64,000 nt of DNA from a phage, in NCBI GenBank assembly GCA_021683455.1, contig GCA_021683455.1_3051.1; one strand, 5' to 3'. The first letter of the stretch is position 1. Every line of letters begins with the position of its first letter. This document shows positions 29,476 through 41,732 of the stretch, one piece after another. The notes under the pieces are model-generated. The model worked only from the letters and a program-made list of their open reading frames with translations, searched no databases and was not told where the DNA came from. A program made the position numbers and the translations under genes.

Positions 29476-29830
29476 ATTCGTTAAGAACTACATCAAAGAT
29501 TGCTTCAAGATGCTCAGGTTTAGCTCTATTACTCAGAATATGACGAATCCAAGTTTTAACCAGAAGCTTACGATTAACGCCATTCCAGCAAGGATGAGTC
29601 CCTAAATCACGTTGACGAAAATCATCATCTAAAGCGATTTTAAAATTTGAACCTTCCATTGTGATTGAAACCGTGATGCCATTTTCAAATCGCATATAAA
29701 CGTAGTTAGGAGTCATATACTGTTCAATTTCGCATACTGAACCATTTTGATGTTTCCAAAGGCAAATAGTATCAATAGAACCTGCAATACCATTAGAAAC
29801 ATATTTACGTTCAAAGTTGATGTAGTTCAT
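29465..29830 (-). CDS. hypothetical protein
   Basis: 121-aa ORF preceded by an early promoter. Confidence 0.45.
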   Translation of the reverse strand: MNYINFERKYVSNGIAGSIDTICLWKHQNGSVCEIEQYMTPNYVYMRFENGITVSITMEGSNFKIALDDDFRQRDLGTHPCWNGVNRKLLVKTWIRHILSNRAKPEHLEAIFDVVLNEFDI

Positions 29831-29867
29831 TTTTATTCTCCGAGATGTTTAATTGCGGTACAGGTAT

Positions 29868-29896
29868 ATAATATCATATCCTGTACCAAAGTAAAC
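29868..29896 (-). promoter_or_regulatory. sigma70-like early promoter (GTTTAC-N17-TATTAT)
   Basis: Minus-strand GTTTACTTTGGTACAGGATATGATATTAT upstream of ORF 29465..29830. Confidence 0.5.
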
Positions 29897-29898
29897 AA

Positions 29899-30231
29899 TT
29901 ATTTTACTACTTTCCAGTACTTCATGTCAAGTTTACCAACTTTTTTCATCTTCTCAATTAAGCGTTCGGCACGTTGGCGAGCTGTAACATAATACCATTC
30001 ACCTAATTCATTTTGTTCAATTTTTCCAACGATTACTGTATTCAATTCATAAATCCAACCAGTAAAGAAATTATGAACTTGAATTGTAAAGGTGAAATCT
30101 GTTCCCATACCTTCTGTTGTTTCTACTTCAATAATATCACCTTCAACTGCCATTAAGAACCACATAGTTTCATCATATTTACCATTGAAGCATTTAGTTT
30201 TAACTGCAGCGTTCAGATTAATCGTTTTCAT
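29899..30231 (-). CDS. hypothetical protein
   Basis: 110-aa ORF preceded by an early promoter. Confidence 0.45.
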   Translation of the reverse strand: MKTINLNAAVKTKCFNGKYDETMWFLMAVEGDIIEVETTEGMGTDFTFTIQVHNFFTGWIYELNTVIVGKIEQNELGEWYYVTARQRAERLIEKMKKVGKLDMKYWKVVK

Positions 30232-30258
30232 TTTATTCTCCTTTGTTTGTGTAAGATA

Positions 30259-30289
30259 ATACTATCACAAAGGAACCATTACTGTAAAC
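30259..30289 (-). promoter_or_regulatory. sigma70-like early promoter (TTTACA-N18-TAGTAT)
   Basis: Minus-strand GTTTACAGTAATGGTTCCTTTGTGATAGTAT upstream of ORF 29899..30231. Confidence 0.4.
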
Positions 30290-30319
30290 AACTTTATGCA
30301 ATCTTTGGAAAATAAAAAA

Positions 30320-30337
30320 GGACTCCCGAAGGAGTCC
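30320..30337 (-). terminator. stem-loop terminator (GGACTCC-CGAA-GGAGTCC)
   Basis: 7-bp perfect stem, A-run/T-run flanks, immediately 3-prime of ORF 30343..30519. Confidence 0.55.
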
Positions 30338-30342
30338 TCAAC

Positions 30343-30519
30343 TTATGCTTTCTGCTTACCAAAACGAGAAGCATCATCTCGAAGAACCGCACGTGCTCGG
30401 CGCATGATCTTCTCAACAGTTTGATTGATACGAGAGTTCGACCCACGCTTGTAGCCAGCGCGTTTAGAATCACCAACTTTCTTTTCAACTGCTTTCTTTG
30501 CTTTAGCTTGTTTTGCCAT
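30343..30519 (-). CDS. small basic protein (58 aa)
   Basis: ORF-track ORF 30343..30561; probable start at internal ATG 30519 (MAKQAKAKKAVEKK...); Lys/Arg-rich. Confidence 0.4.
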   Translation of the reverse strand: MAKQAKAKKAVEKKVGDSKRAGYKRGSNSRINQTVEKIMRRARAVLRDDASRFGKQKA

Positions 30520-30764
30520 TATAAATTCTCTTTTAAATGAAAATGCAGGACTTATTGGCATTGCCTGCGCAAGCCCTCAAGGGGAACATAGGTTTTTGGA
30601 TATTTAACGACCAGGATAACCATAAACCCGTCATCATTCACATTCAAGAGGTACACCGTAAAACTGCCGGGGTCTTAAAACTATAATGATTCGCAAATCA
30701 TTAATCAGACAGTTCGACGGCTCCTCGATTTTAGCTCACACTAAGGCAGTGAATCTCCAATAAA

Positions 30765-31013
30765 TTACTTCAATGTTACCACAAAGTGACGAACTGCTTT
30801 TCGTGCAGCAGAAGCCAGAGGCTTGGCATATTTAAGTTCATCTTTTTCCTGAAGCTCAGCAGCTAATGCAGTTTGAGCAGGATTCAGATGTTTGAAATAA
30901 CGCAGGATTTCAAGAGCTTCGGCTTCAACATCAATAGATGCGCCATAGTTTTCGTGACCATTATTCCATGCGTTTCGTTGCAGTTCAAGAGCGTGTTGTA
31001 ATTGTTTAATCAT
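30765..31013 (-). CDS. rIII: rIII lysis inhibition accessory protein (cytoplasmic antiholin)
   Basis: 82-aa ORF; size and position next to gene 31 as in T4. Confidence 0.8.
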   Translation of the reverse strand: MIKQLQHALELQRNAWNNGHENYGASIDVEAEALEILRYFKHLNPAQTALAAELQEKDELKYAKPLASAARKAVRHFVVTLK

Positions 31014-31161
31014 TTAAAAAATTCTCGTTAGAGATTAAAACTCGGTAGTCACGTTCTTCTGAATTTCATCTTCTTTCGACAGATCTCTCAGTTGTAGACT
31101 ACCACGTAGAATTGTTCGGGTAACTTATTATTCCGACACCCAATTCATATTATTATTTATA

Positions 31162-31497
31162 TCACTTATAAAGACATGGAATAGCTTTATAGTGGCAAGT
31201 GACGAATTTTTGTTTAATTTCTTTTGGCTGCTTAAGACCCAGAGCTACAAAAGGATGCGGAACATTTCGAATTTGACCAACTGGAAGAGAAGTCAAATCA
31301 CCAACTTCGCAGAAACCTTCAGGAACATCAGGACCGACAGAGTGAACTACACACAGTTCAGGAACTTCACCTTGAACACGTTTACCGATAATAAGTCCTG
31401 ATTCTGTAACTTCTTCATCACCGGCTTGTGCAGGTTCAGAAACTAAAATAACATATTCACCGACAGCACGAATTGGCAGCTGTTGTACTTCAGACAT
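31162..31497 (-). CDS. 31: gp31 co-chaperonin (GroES analogue for gp23 folding)
   Basis: 111-aa ORF; size and sequence character of T4 gp31. Confidence 0.85.
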
Positions 31498-31554
31498 CGT
31501 TTTTCCTTTTTTGTTAACAGATGAATTAATAATAACAAATAATTCTTAAAGCAT

Positions 31555-31863
31555 TTATTTACCAATAAATTGGAGTAAATGCTCAACTTTCATACCATTA
31601 ACAGAAATCAATTTGTCAATAGAAAAACCTCGCCAAGCGCCAAGTTCAATATCAAATACTGGAATCATGTCAGTAGATTCTTTCCGAGTAGATTCAGTCA
31701 ATTTACCGGTTTGCATGGTTGGCATAAAGTCTGCATCACGAGTACCTTTCATAGTACGAATAGTACCATCAGACTTTTCAAAAACTACGTTTGAAACACC
31801 CATGGACAATTTAGTTTTCAAAATTTCGCGAATTGCTACTTTCTGCTCAGTTGTCAGTTTCAT
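31555..31863 (-). CDS. hypothetical protein
   Basis: 102-aa ORF between gene 31 and cd. Confidence 0.5.
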   Translation of the reverse strand: MKLTTEQKVAIREILKTKLSMGVSNVVFEKSDGTIRTMKGTRDADFMPTMQTGKLTESTRKESTDMIPVFDIELGAWRGFSIDKLISVNGMKVEHLLQFIGK

Positions 31864-32100
31864 TTATTTACCTATTACAGTTTTAATATGAGTTGTTCCA
31901 CGTTCTTTAAGGGTGGAAAGCAATTTTTGGCATTTTTCTAAATCAGATTTCCAACTATATGGTCTATCAATACAAACCCATTCTGACTTATAATACTGCT
32001 TCCATTTAGAGAAAAAATATTTCTTATACTCTACAGCAAATGAAATATTCTCATTAGAATAAGAACTAATTGCTGTGAGCTGTACCAAACGAAATTTCAT
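31864..32100 (-). CDS. hypothetical protein
   Basis: 78-aa ORF, abuts cd and the upstream ORF. Confidence 0.45.
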   Translation of the reverse strand: MKFRLVQLTAISSYSNENISFAVEYKKYFFSKWKQYYKSEWVCIDRPYSWKSDLEKCQKLLSTLKERGTTHIKTVIGK

Positions 32101-32681
32101 TATTCACCACAGAATTCGTTGATATTTTCCCAGTTTAACTTATTCAAGTTTTTCTTAGGAACATTAAACACTTCAATACCTGCATTTCGCAGAATATCAT
32201 CCCAGCCAGGTTTATTTTTATCGTATGTTTCACAATAAACCAACTTTTTAATACCAGATTGAGCTATTGCTTTTGCACAATCTGGACAAGGAGAAAGTGT
32301 TACATACATAGTAGCACCTTCAATAGAAGAACCATTTCGTGCAGCAAACAAAATTGCATTTAGCTCAGCATGAATTTCATTTTTAGACGACCATTCAGAG
32401 TGAGCGCTGCGGTGTTCTTTCGCCAAGACAAAACGATCAGTTGAACCAAATGATACACATTCAGGCTTATGGCCTTGAATGATAGTGTGTTTAGGCTTAT
32501 TCAACAACCATCCTTGCTCAGCAGCATAATCACAACAGTTCACACCCCCGGCAGGTGAACCATTATATCCGGTAGAAATAATACGTCCATTCTTTTCAAT
32601 TACTGCTCCTACCTTCCAGGAGCAACATTTTGATTCCTGCGATACTAAATATGCAATTTGAAGTACTGTACTCGCTTTCAT
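32100..32681 (-). CDS. cd: dCMP deaminase
   Basis: 193-aa ORF; cytidine/deoxycytidylate deaminase zinc motifs HAELNA and PCPDC. Confidence 0.9.
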   Translation of the reverse strand: MKASTVLQIAYLVSQESKCCSWKVGAVIEKNGRIISTGYNGSPAGGVNCCDYAAEQGWLLNKPKHTIIQGHKPECVSFGSTDRFVLAKEHRSAHSEWSSKNEIHAELNAILFAARNGSSIEGATMYVTLSPCPDCAKAIAQSGIKKLVYCETYDKNKPGWDDILRNAGIEVFNVPKKNLNKLNWENINEFCGE

Positions 32682-33016
32682 TTCATAATCACCAGATAAG
32701 CAGATTTAGCAGTTTCAACACGATAAATTTCGTGACGAAGTTTAGTTATACTTTTAATAACAGAACTAATTATATTCTGCCCATCTTTAAAGCGGTTTTT
32801 CTTATCAATAAAAATTGCGCCAACCATCTTTTTGTGAAGCTCAACTGGATACTTCGTCACAATAATAGCATCATATACGGAAGGATGAATACTATTTACT
32901 AGAGTGTCATTCATTAAAGTTATTCTAATGAACTGTGCTGTTTCAGAGTCAAGCGCTCTATGATCGCCAGTATCATTTTCAAGACAATTATCAATTATAT
33001 CAGTTAAATTCATCAT
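32678..33016 (-). CDS. hypothetical protein (cd.x cluster)
   Basis: 112-aa ORF with ATGA overlap. Confidence 0.45.
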   Translation of the reverse strand: MMNLTDIIDNCLENDTGDHRALDSETAQFIRITLMNDTLVNSIHPSVYDAIIVTKYPVELHKKMVGAIFIDKKNRFKDGQNIISSVIKSITKLRHEIYRVETAKSAYLVIMK

Positions 33017-33252
33017 AGTACGCCATACACCCTTTGTGCTTCAACTAATCCATCAAAATCTAATTTAAGATGTGATATTTGATCGCCATCACCTGGATTC
33101 ACAATTACTAATACTGAACGAGGAGTTTCGGTAATAACACGAACCGATGTTTCAGGAAATCGTTCAGAAACCTTATTTACCAATTCCTGTGCAAATAGCT
33201 TAACTTTTTCTTGGAATTCTTTAACGGTAATCGGTTTTTCACTTAACAGCAT
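33013..33252 (-). CDS. hypothetical protein (cd.x cluster)
   Basis: 79-aa ORF preceded by an early promoter. Confidence 0.45.
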   Translation of the reverse strand: MLLSEKPITVKEFQEKVKLFAQELVNKVSERFPETSVRVITETPRSVLVIVNPGDGDQISHLKLDFDGLVEAQRVYGVL

Positions 33253-33281
33253 TTTGTTTTCCTCATTTGTTTGGTAGAGCT

Positions 33282-33311
33282 ATAATATCACAACTCTACC
33301 GTAAAGTAAAC
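33282..33311 (-). promoter_or_regulatory. sigma70-like early promoter (GTTTAC-N18-TATTAT)
   Basis: Minus-strand GTTTACTTTACGGTAGAGTTGTGATATTAT upstream of ORF 33013..33252. Confidence 0.5.
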
Positions 33312-33313
33312 TA

Positions 33314-33595
33314 TTAAATTGCTTTGAATTCTGCTGTCTGCGATTCAAAACGAATATCGCCTTTGATGACTAGCTCAGCATCAAGACCGAATACAACAAT
33401 GATATGTGCAGAACCTGGATACAACGTGATGGCAATAGAATCCACCTGGTCTGGAAGCAAAGTGTTCAATACATGAGTCACTTGAGCATGGATTCGAAGC
33501 TCGGCTGCGTTATCAAGCTTTTCAAACATATTATTAGCGATAATTTGACTAAACACTACTTCTACGATTTTAGAATAAGTCGGAAACATATTCAC
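33314..33595 (-). CDS. hypothetical protein (cd.x cluster)
   Basis: 93-aa ORF. Confidence 0.45.
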   Translation of the reverse strand: MNMFPTYSKIVEVVFSQIIANNMFEKLDNAAELRIHAQVTHVLNTLLPDQVDSIAITLYPGSAHIIVVFGLDAELVIKGDIRFESQTAEFKAI

Positions 33596-33792
33596 CTCAC
33601 ATAATTTTCTTCAAGCCAATTAATAACATCCAACGCATTATCAAAAGTTGAACCATCTACTATGTCTTCTGTTTCATAATCAAGAATATCTATGTCTACT
33701 CTTCCATCAACAATAGGCCATAAACAAAATAGATATTTCTTTTCTTTTTCAATTTTATCACAAAGTTGATAAATCTTTTCTATGTTATTCAT
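33592..33792 (-). CDS. hypothetical protein (cd.x cluster)
   Basis: 66-aa ORF with ATGA overlap. Confidence 0.4.
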   Translation of the reverse strand: MNNIEKIYQLCDKIEKEKKYLFCLWPIVDGRVDIDILDYETEDIVDGSTFDNALDVINWLEENYVR

Positions 33793-33981
33793 AAGTTTTC
33801 CATGGTAAAGGCAGTTTAGTTTTCTTTACTGTTAGTTCAACATCAGGATTCTTTTCTCTTAATTTAAGGCATTCCTCCCAAGCTCTGATTTCACTAGTGA
33901 ATACACAAAATTGCCCATTACTAGTACCGACTAAACCACTATTTACAATAATAATAGCCCAAGTTTCATGATGCCACGCCA

Positions 33982-33982
<1 letters not shown>
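33785..33982 (-). CDS. hypothetical protein (start probably ATG overlapping pseT stop)
   Basis: ORF-track ORF 33785..34012; internal ATG at 33982 overlaps the pseT TAA stop (TAATG). Confidence 0.4.
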
Positions 33983-35186
<1,204 letters not shown>

Positions 35187-35420
35187 TTATTTTTTCTCAA
35201 CCAATGATTGAATATAATCATGTAGGTCTTTAGATGCTTTACCCCACTTATTTTGATATTCATTTTTAAGATTAGCACGAGATTGAGCTAATAAAACATC
35301 ATTAGTTGGAGGTAAAGATTCTAACCGCTGAATCTGGCGTCCGTAAATCATTGCAGCCATCTCGGATTCATAAATCAATCCTTTGAGATGTTCAAATTGA
35401 TGCCATGAAATCATTTGCAT
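35187..35420 (-). CDS. hypothetical protein
   Basis: 77-aa ORF. Confidence 0.4.
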   Translation of the reverse strand: MQMISWHQFEHLKGLIYESEMAAMIYGRQIQRLESLPPTNDVLLAQSRANLKNEYQNKWGKASKDLHDYIQSLVEKK

Positions 35421-35710
35421 TTATCCTCTTTTAACTCTTTACGATAATAACATATCATAGTTTTCTGGTCATGTACATATCGTTTTACGTCATTAAGCCA
35501 AATACGAAATTCCTGAGAATCTTCAAATGGCATACCGACCCAAGCTTTACCATCAATAACTTTAACTTGCCAGGATAGTTTAGCTTCGTCATATGACTTT
35601 ATTTGTACAGGCCAATTAGGATGAACTGTTTCTTTCTTTACTTCTAGAGGCTTTGTCGAACAACCAACTAGAAGACCAATAGATAATATTACTGCTGATA
35701 GTTTAATCAT
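35411..35710 (-). CDS. outer-membrane spanin (Rz1-like lipoprotein)
   Basis: 99-aa ORF; signal peptide with lipobox LLVGC (MIKLSAVILSIGLLVGCSTKP); directly downstream of a TM plus coiled-coil protein. Confidence 0.55.
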   Translation of the reverse strand: MIKLSAVILSIGLLVGCSTKPLEVKKETVHPNWPVQIKSYDEAKLSWQVKVIDGKAWVGMPFEDSQEFRIWLNDVKRYVHDQKTMICYYRKELKEDKCK

Positions 35711-36060
35711 TTAGAAAGGTCCTGGATGTCTTCTGCGAACTTGTTGAAGGAGTTGTTGATTTGTTTTTCAACCAATCCTGGCTTACGAGCCACCACATCC
35801 GCCTTCTTTGCGTCTTTGCGCAGTTTTTCATTTTCACGCTCAATAGCAGCAATCGCCTCACGATTTTTATTATTCATCGCATCAATATAATTATACTGAA
35901 TTCGCAAATTATTTAATGCTAAAGCGTTTTTATTGGCCGTTTTTGTAATTTCAGTAACTGATGTTTCTAATCTTTCTACCTTATTTTTTAAAATAATAGA
36001 TGTTCCGCCTAATGCTATTACAATTAATAGCAAACCTGCTGTAGTATTACTTAATTGCAT
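35707..36060 (-). CDS. inner-membrane spanin (Rz-like)
   Basis: 117-aa ORF; N-terminal transmembrane helix (AGLLLIVIALGGTSIIL) followed by a charged coiled-coil region; overlaps the lipoprotein gene start. Confidence 0.55.
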   Translation of the reverse strand: MQLSNTTAGLLLIVIALGGTSIILKNKVERLETSVTEITKTANKNALALNNLRIQYNYIDAMNNKNREAIAAIERENEKLRKDAKKADVVARKPGLVEKQINNSFNKFAEDIQDLSK

Positions 36061-36557
36061 AAAGTTTTAATAACCTCTACAATATCATCTTGAGAAAGAC
36101 CGTTAATTAAAATATGATGTTCAGCCGGAGATTTAGAAATTTTAAAGCACGCCGCAACATCTTCTGCCATATCAGATGCGCTACGATTTGGATTACTAAT
36201 TCCAAGACGATGCTTTCCAGTCAAAGGATTAACGATGATATAGCATTTACAGCTATTAATGTGAACATTAGGTTGAGTCTGATTAATGAATACTTCACAA
36301 TCGTATTTCGCAAACTGATTTTCTAAAAAGACTTTCATCTCCTCAACCGCATCGGGAAGCATATCACGGGCTTGCTCAAGACGACGATTTCGATATTCTT
36401 TAGTGGTCGTTTTCCGTTTGACTTGCTTCGCTAAATCTTTCTTAAGATCGGTGATATATCCAACTCGACGATTTCCTTTGAATACAGAAATCCCATCTGT
36501 AGTATCACCGTATGCTTCAACGACCATTTCAGTAGTAATAAGCTGCAAATCCATCAT
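36051..36557 (-). CDS. alc: Alc-like protein (inhibitor of host transcription; assignment by size and synteny)
   Basis: 168-aa ORF between the pseT.x/spanin ORFs and rnlA; preceded by an early promoter and conserved leader. Confidence 0.55.
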   Translation of the reverse strand: MMDLQLITTEMVVEAYGDTTDGISVFKGNRRVGYITDLKKDLAKQVKRKTTTKEYRNRRLEQARDMLPDAVEEMKVFLENQFAKYDCEVFINQTQPNVHINSCKCYIIVNPLTGKHRLGISNPNRSASDMAEDVAACFKISKSPAEHHILINGLSQDDIVEVIKTLCN

Positions 36558-36585
36558 AAAGTCCTCATGTTATGTCAGTAAGACT

Positions 36586-36615
36586 ACTATAACACAACAT
36601 GAGGGACTTGTAAAC
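36586..36615 (-). promoter_or_regulatory. sigma70-like early promoter (GTTTAC-N17-TTATAG) for alc
   Basis: Minus-strand GTTTACAAGTCCCTCATGTTGTGTTATAGT; promoter plus leader near-identical to 21266..21326. Confidence 0.55.
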
Positions 36616-36618
36616 AGC

Positions 36619-38210
<1,592 letters not shown>

Positions 38211-38218
38211 AATAAAAT

Positions 38219-38232
38219 GGGCCTTGCGGCCC
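38219..38232 (-). terminator. stem-loop (GGGCC-TTGC-GGCCC) between nrdB and denA
   Basis: Perfect 5-bp GC stem in the short nrdB-denA gap. Confidence 0.45.
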
Positions 38233-38237
38233 ACTCC

Positions 38238-39416
38238 TTAAAAGTATTTTTTAAAACTCATCATAACTTTATCATCAACATCATTATCAATCTGTGCAAC
38301 AAGATAAGATGACAGTTCTACTTCTTGCGGCGCTGATTGAACATTATCAGAATTAAGGTATTCACGAATCCAAGGATATGGATGTTTAACCGGAGCATCG
38401 GTAATCGGGCATGGAAGACCGCACTGTTTCATACGAGATACAGTTAAGTAATCAATAAAGCTCCACATGCTATTTGTATTTAATCCAGGAACATCGCCAT
38501 CTTTAAATAAATGAACTGCCCAATCTTTTTCTTGGCGGTTAACTTCCATGAAAATATCAACTGCTTCTTGTTCACACTCTTTGGCAATTTTAACCCATTC
38601 ATCACCATCAGTGCCAAGTTGAAGTTGACGAATAATATATTGTGTACCTTTAAGATGAAGCTGCTCATCACGTGCAATGAACTTCATAATCTTGGCATTA
38701 CCTTCCATGATTTCCATGTTCTTATGGAAGTTGAAAGTACATGCAAAGGATACATAAAAACGAATAGCTTCCAGAGCATTGATAACATGAAGACACAGAT
38801 AGAGAGACTTCATTAGGTCATGTTTACATTCTTCCATGTGCATAAGACTATTTGAATATGCATCTAAATCATATTCATTTTCGGAAAAACGTTTAAAAAT
38901 TTCTTTGGCATTTTCCCATTCACGAGTCTTGACTAGAACATCGTCATAATAGCGGCCAATAGACTCAGCACGTTTCATAATAGCTTCATCTAATACAATT
39001 TCATCAAATACCTTCGATGGATCAGTATAAAGATTTCGCATGATATGAGTATACGAACGAGAGTGAATAGTTTCACTGAATGTCCATGTAGCAACCCATG
39101 TATCAAGACTTGGGTCTGAAATTAACGACATAAGTACAGCAGATGGTGCACGACCCTGAATGCTATCTAGAAGTGATTGATACTTCAGGTTATTAGTAAA
39201 AATATCTTGCTGATATTGAGGAAGCTTGTTAAATTGCGCAGCATCCATCATTAAGTTTACTTCTTCAGGACGCCAGAAAAATGACAACTGCTTTTCGGTT
39301 AAATCTTCAAAAACTTTATGACGTTGAATATCATAACGCGCAATACCAAGACCTGAACCAAAAAACATAGGTTCTTTTAAAACATCAACTGGATTTGTAT
39401 TAAAAACTGTGCTCAT
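38238..39416 (-). CDS. nrdB: ribonucleotide reductase small subunit NrdB, uninterrupted (no intron)
   Basis: 392-aa continuous ORF with the diiron-tyrosyl radical protein character; single open frame. Confidence 0.9.
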   Translation of the reverse strand: MSTVFNTNPVDVLKEPMFFGSGLGIARYDIQRHKVFEDLTEKQLSFFWRPEEVNLMMDAAQFNKLPQYQQDIFTNNLKYQSLLDSIQGRAPSAVLMSLISDPSLDTWVATWTFSETIHSRSYTHIMRNLYTDPSKVFDEIVLDEAIMKRAESIGRYYDDVLVKTREWENAKEIFKRFSENEYDLDAYSNSLMHMEECKHDLMKSLYLCLHVINALEAIRFYVSFACTFNFHKNMEIMEGNAKIMKFIARDEQLHLKGTQYIIRQLQLGTDGDEWVKIAKECEQEAVDIFMEVNRQEKDWAVHLFKDGDVPGLNTNSMWSFIDYLTVSRMKQCGLPCPITDAPVKHPYPWIREYLNSDNVQSAPQEVELSSYLVAQIDNDVDDKVMMSFKKYF

Positions 39417-39467
39417 AAATTTTCCACTTAGTTAATAGATAGTGACTCGTCCATGAGTCAAATTATA

Positions 39468-41732
39468 TCATAATTTACAGGATGAACAATCTTCAGCTTT
39501 TGGAGTTTCTATTTCATAATCATCAGTACCAGAACCATCACGGGTATTATGATAATAGAAATTTTTTCCGCCAAAATACCAAAAATACAAAAGGTCATCA
39601 ATCATTATTGACATTGGAACCTTTCCTTTTGGAAAAATCTGCGGGTCATAATATGTATTCGCCGAAGCTGATTGACAAACCCATTTCAGCATAATAGCTA
39701 CCTGCGTAAGATAAGGTTTATTACCTTTCTTAGCTAATTTCCATGTATAATCATAGAGGTCTATGTTATGCTCAATATTGGGCACGACTTGATTAAAGGA
39801 GCCCTCTTTTGATTCTTTAACAGAGACTGGTCCACGTGGAGGCTCGATACCGTTTGTACTGTTAGAAACTTGGGAAGATGACTCACATGGCATAAGTGCT
39901 GATAATGTGCTATTACGGATGCCAAAGAGCTTAAGGTCTTCCCGCAGCGACGACCAGTCACAAACGTATTTTGGAGCTGCGATTTGGTCAATCTTTTTAT
40001 TGTACCAGTCGATAGGTAATTCGCCTCGAGACCAACGAGTGTCTGAATAATATTCACAAGGTCCTTTTTCTTTGGCGAGTTTAATGGATGCTTTAATGAG
40101 TCCATACTGTAATCTCTCAAATAATTCATGTGTTAAATCGTTAGCATCTTCATAAGAAGCAAAGTTACTTGCCAGCCAAGCTGCATAGTTAGTAACACCT
40201 ACACCGAGGTTACGACGCTTTTTAGCTTTTTCTGCTTCAGGAACTGGATATCCTTGGTAATCCAAAAGATTATCGAGAGCACGAACTTGGACTTCTGCCA
40301 ATTCATTAATTTTATCTTGGTCTTGCCAGTCAAAATTATCCAGTACGAATGCAGAGAGAGTACACAATCCAATTTCAGCATCTGGACTATTCACATCATT
40401 TGTTGGAATAGCAATTTCACAACACAAGTTACTCTGACGAATAGGTGCCTTTTCACGAATAAACGGAGTATAGTTATTCGTATTATCAATGAACTGCACA
40501 TAAATCCTTGCTGTTCCTGAGCGTTCAGTCATGAGCAATTCAAATAGTTCACGGGCTTTAATACGCTTTTTACGAATATTAGGGTCTTTTTCTGCTGCTT
40601 CGTATAATTCACGGAAACGGTCTTGGTCTTTAAAATAAGAATAATAAAGCTCGCCACCCATTTCATGCGGACTGAACAAAGTAATGTAATCGTTCTTTCC
40701 AAAACGTTCCATCATCAGGTCATTCAGCTGAACACCATAATCCATATGACGAATGCGGTTTTCTTCTACGCCTTTGTTATTTTTCAAAACAAGAAGATTT
40801 TCAACTTCCAAATGCCAAATAGGATAATAAGCAGTAGCAGCGCCGCCACGAATTCCACCCTGTGAGCATGATTTAACAGCAGTCTGAAAATGTTTCCAAA
40901 AAGGAATAACACCGGTATGGCGTACTTCACCCATGCCAATCTTAGAACCTTCGGCACGAATCATACCAACATTAATACCAATTCCAGCACGTTTGGAGAT
41001 ATATTCAACAATTGAAGCGGAAGCCTTATTGATAGACTTTAATGAATCACCTGCCTCAATAACAACGCATGAACTAAACTGTCGAGTCGGAGTACGGCAA
41101 CCAGCCATAATAGGAGTTGGCAGTGAAATCTGTCGAGTAGATACTGCTTCATAAAAACGGATAACATGTTTTAATCTATCAACAGGTTCATCTTGATGCA
41201 ATGCCATTCCAATAGTCATAAATGCAAACTGTGGAGTTTCATAAATTTGACCGGTGGTTTTATCTTTAACTAGATATTTTTCTTTTAATTGCATCGCCCC
41301 GGAATAAGTAAATTCCATATCCCGCTCGTGCTTAATTTTTGATTCTAAAAATGTAATTTCTTCTGCTGAATATTTTGACAATAATTCAGGGTCGTATTTA
41401 CCTTCATTTACACAGTAAGAAATATGGTCAATAAATGAACGTGGTTCATACTGCCCATAAACATGCTTACGAAGAGCGAACATTAAACAACGTGCAGCTA
41501 CATATTGATAATCAGGCTCTTCAACCGAAATAGAATTCGCAGCGGCCTTAATGACAATAGTCTGAATATCATCAGTTGTCATTCCATCACGGAGATAAGA
41601 TTTAATATTTTCATATAATTCATAAGGATCGACTGATGTTCCTTCAGCTGCCCAAGATAAAACTTTAATAATTTTTTGTGGGTCAAAGCTCTGAGAAACA
41701 CCACTACTTTTGATAACATTAATTAATTGCAT
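39468..41732 (-). CDS. nrdA: ribonucleotide reductase large subunit NrdA
   Basis: 754-aa ORF; class Ia RNR motifs including the C-terminal CESSS...CSSC redox tail. Confidence 0.95.
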   Translation of the reverse strand: MQLINVIKSSGVSQSFDPQKIIKVLSWAAEGTSVDPYELYENIKSYLRDGMTTDDIQTIVIKAAANSISVEEPDYQYVAARCLMFALRKHVYGQYEPRSFIDHISYCVNEGKYDPELLSKYSAEEITFLESKIKHERDMEFTYSGAMQLKEKYLVKDKTTGQIYETPQFAFMTIGMALHQDEPVDRLKHVIRFYEAVSTRQISLPTPIMAGCRTPTRQFSSCVVIEAGDSLKSINKASASIVEYISKRAGIGINVGMIRAEGSKIGMGEVRHTGVIPFWKHFQTAVKSCSQGGIRGGAATAYYPIWHLEVENLLVLKNNKGVEENRIRHMDYGVQLNDLMMERFGKNDYITLFSPHEMGGELYYSYFKDQDRFRELYEAAEKDPNIRKKRIKARELFELLMTERSGTARIYVQFIDNTNNYTPFIREKAPIRQSNLCCEIAIPTNDVNSPDAEIGLCTLSAFVLDNFDWQDQDKINELAEVQVRALDNLLDYQGYPVPEAEKAKKRRNLGVGVTNYAAWLASNFASYEDANDLTHELFERLQYGLIKASIKLAKEKGPCEYYSDTRWSRGELPIDWYNKKIDQIAAPKYVCDWSSLREDLKLFGIRNSTLSALMPCESSSQVSNSTNGIEPPRGPVSVKESKEGSFNQVVPNIEHNIDLYDYTWKLAKKGNKPYLTQVAIMLKWVCQSASANTYYDPQIFPKGKVPMSIMIDDLLYFWYFGGKNFYYHNTRDGSGTDDYEIETPKAEDCSSCKL

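Noticed and set aside
30562-30764. tRNA gene in the ORF-free gap
   Set aside because: I could not fold a convincing cloverleaf with acceptor stem and anticodon loop by eye; it is kept only as a low-confidence candidate structured RNA in the findings.
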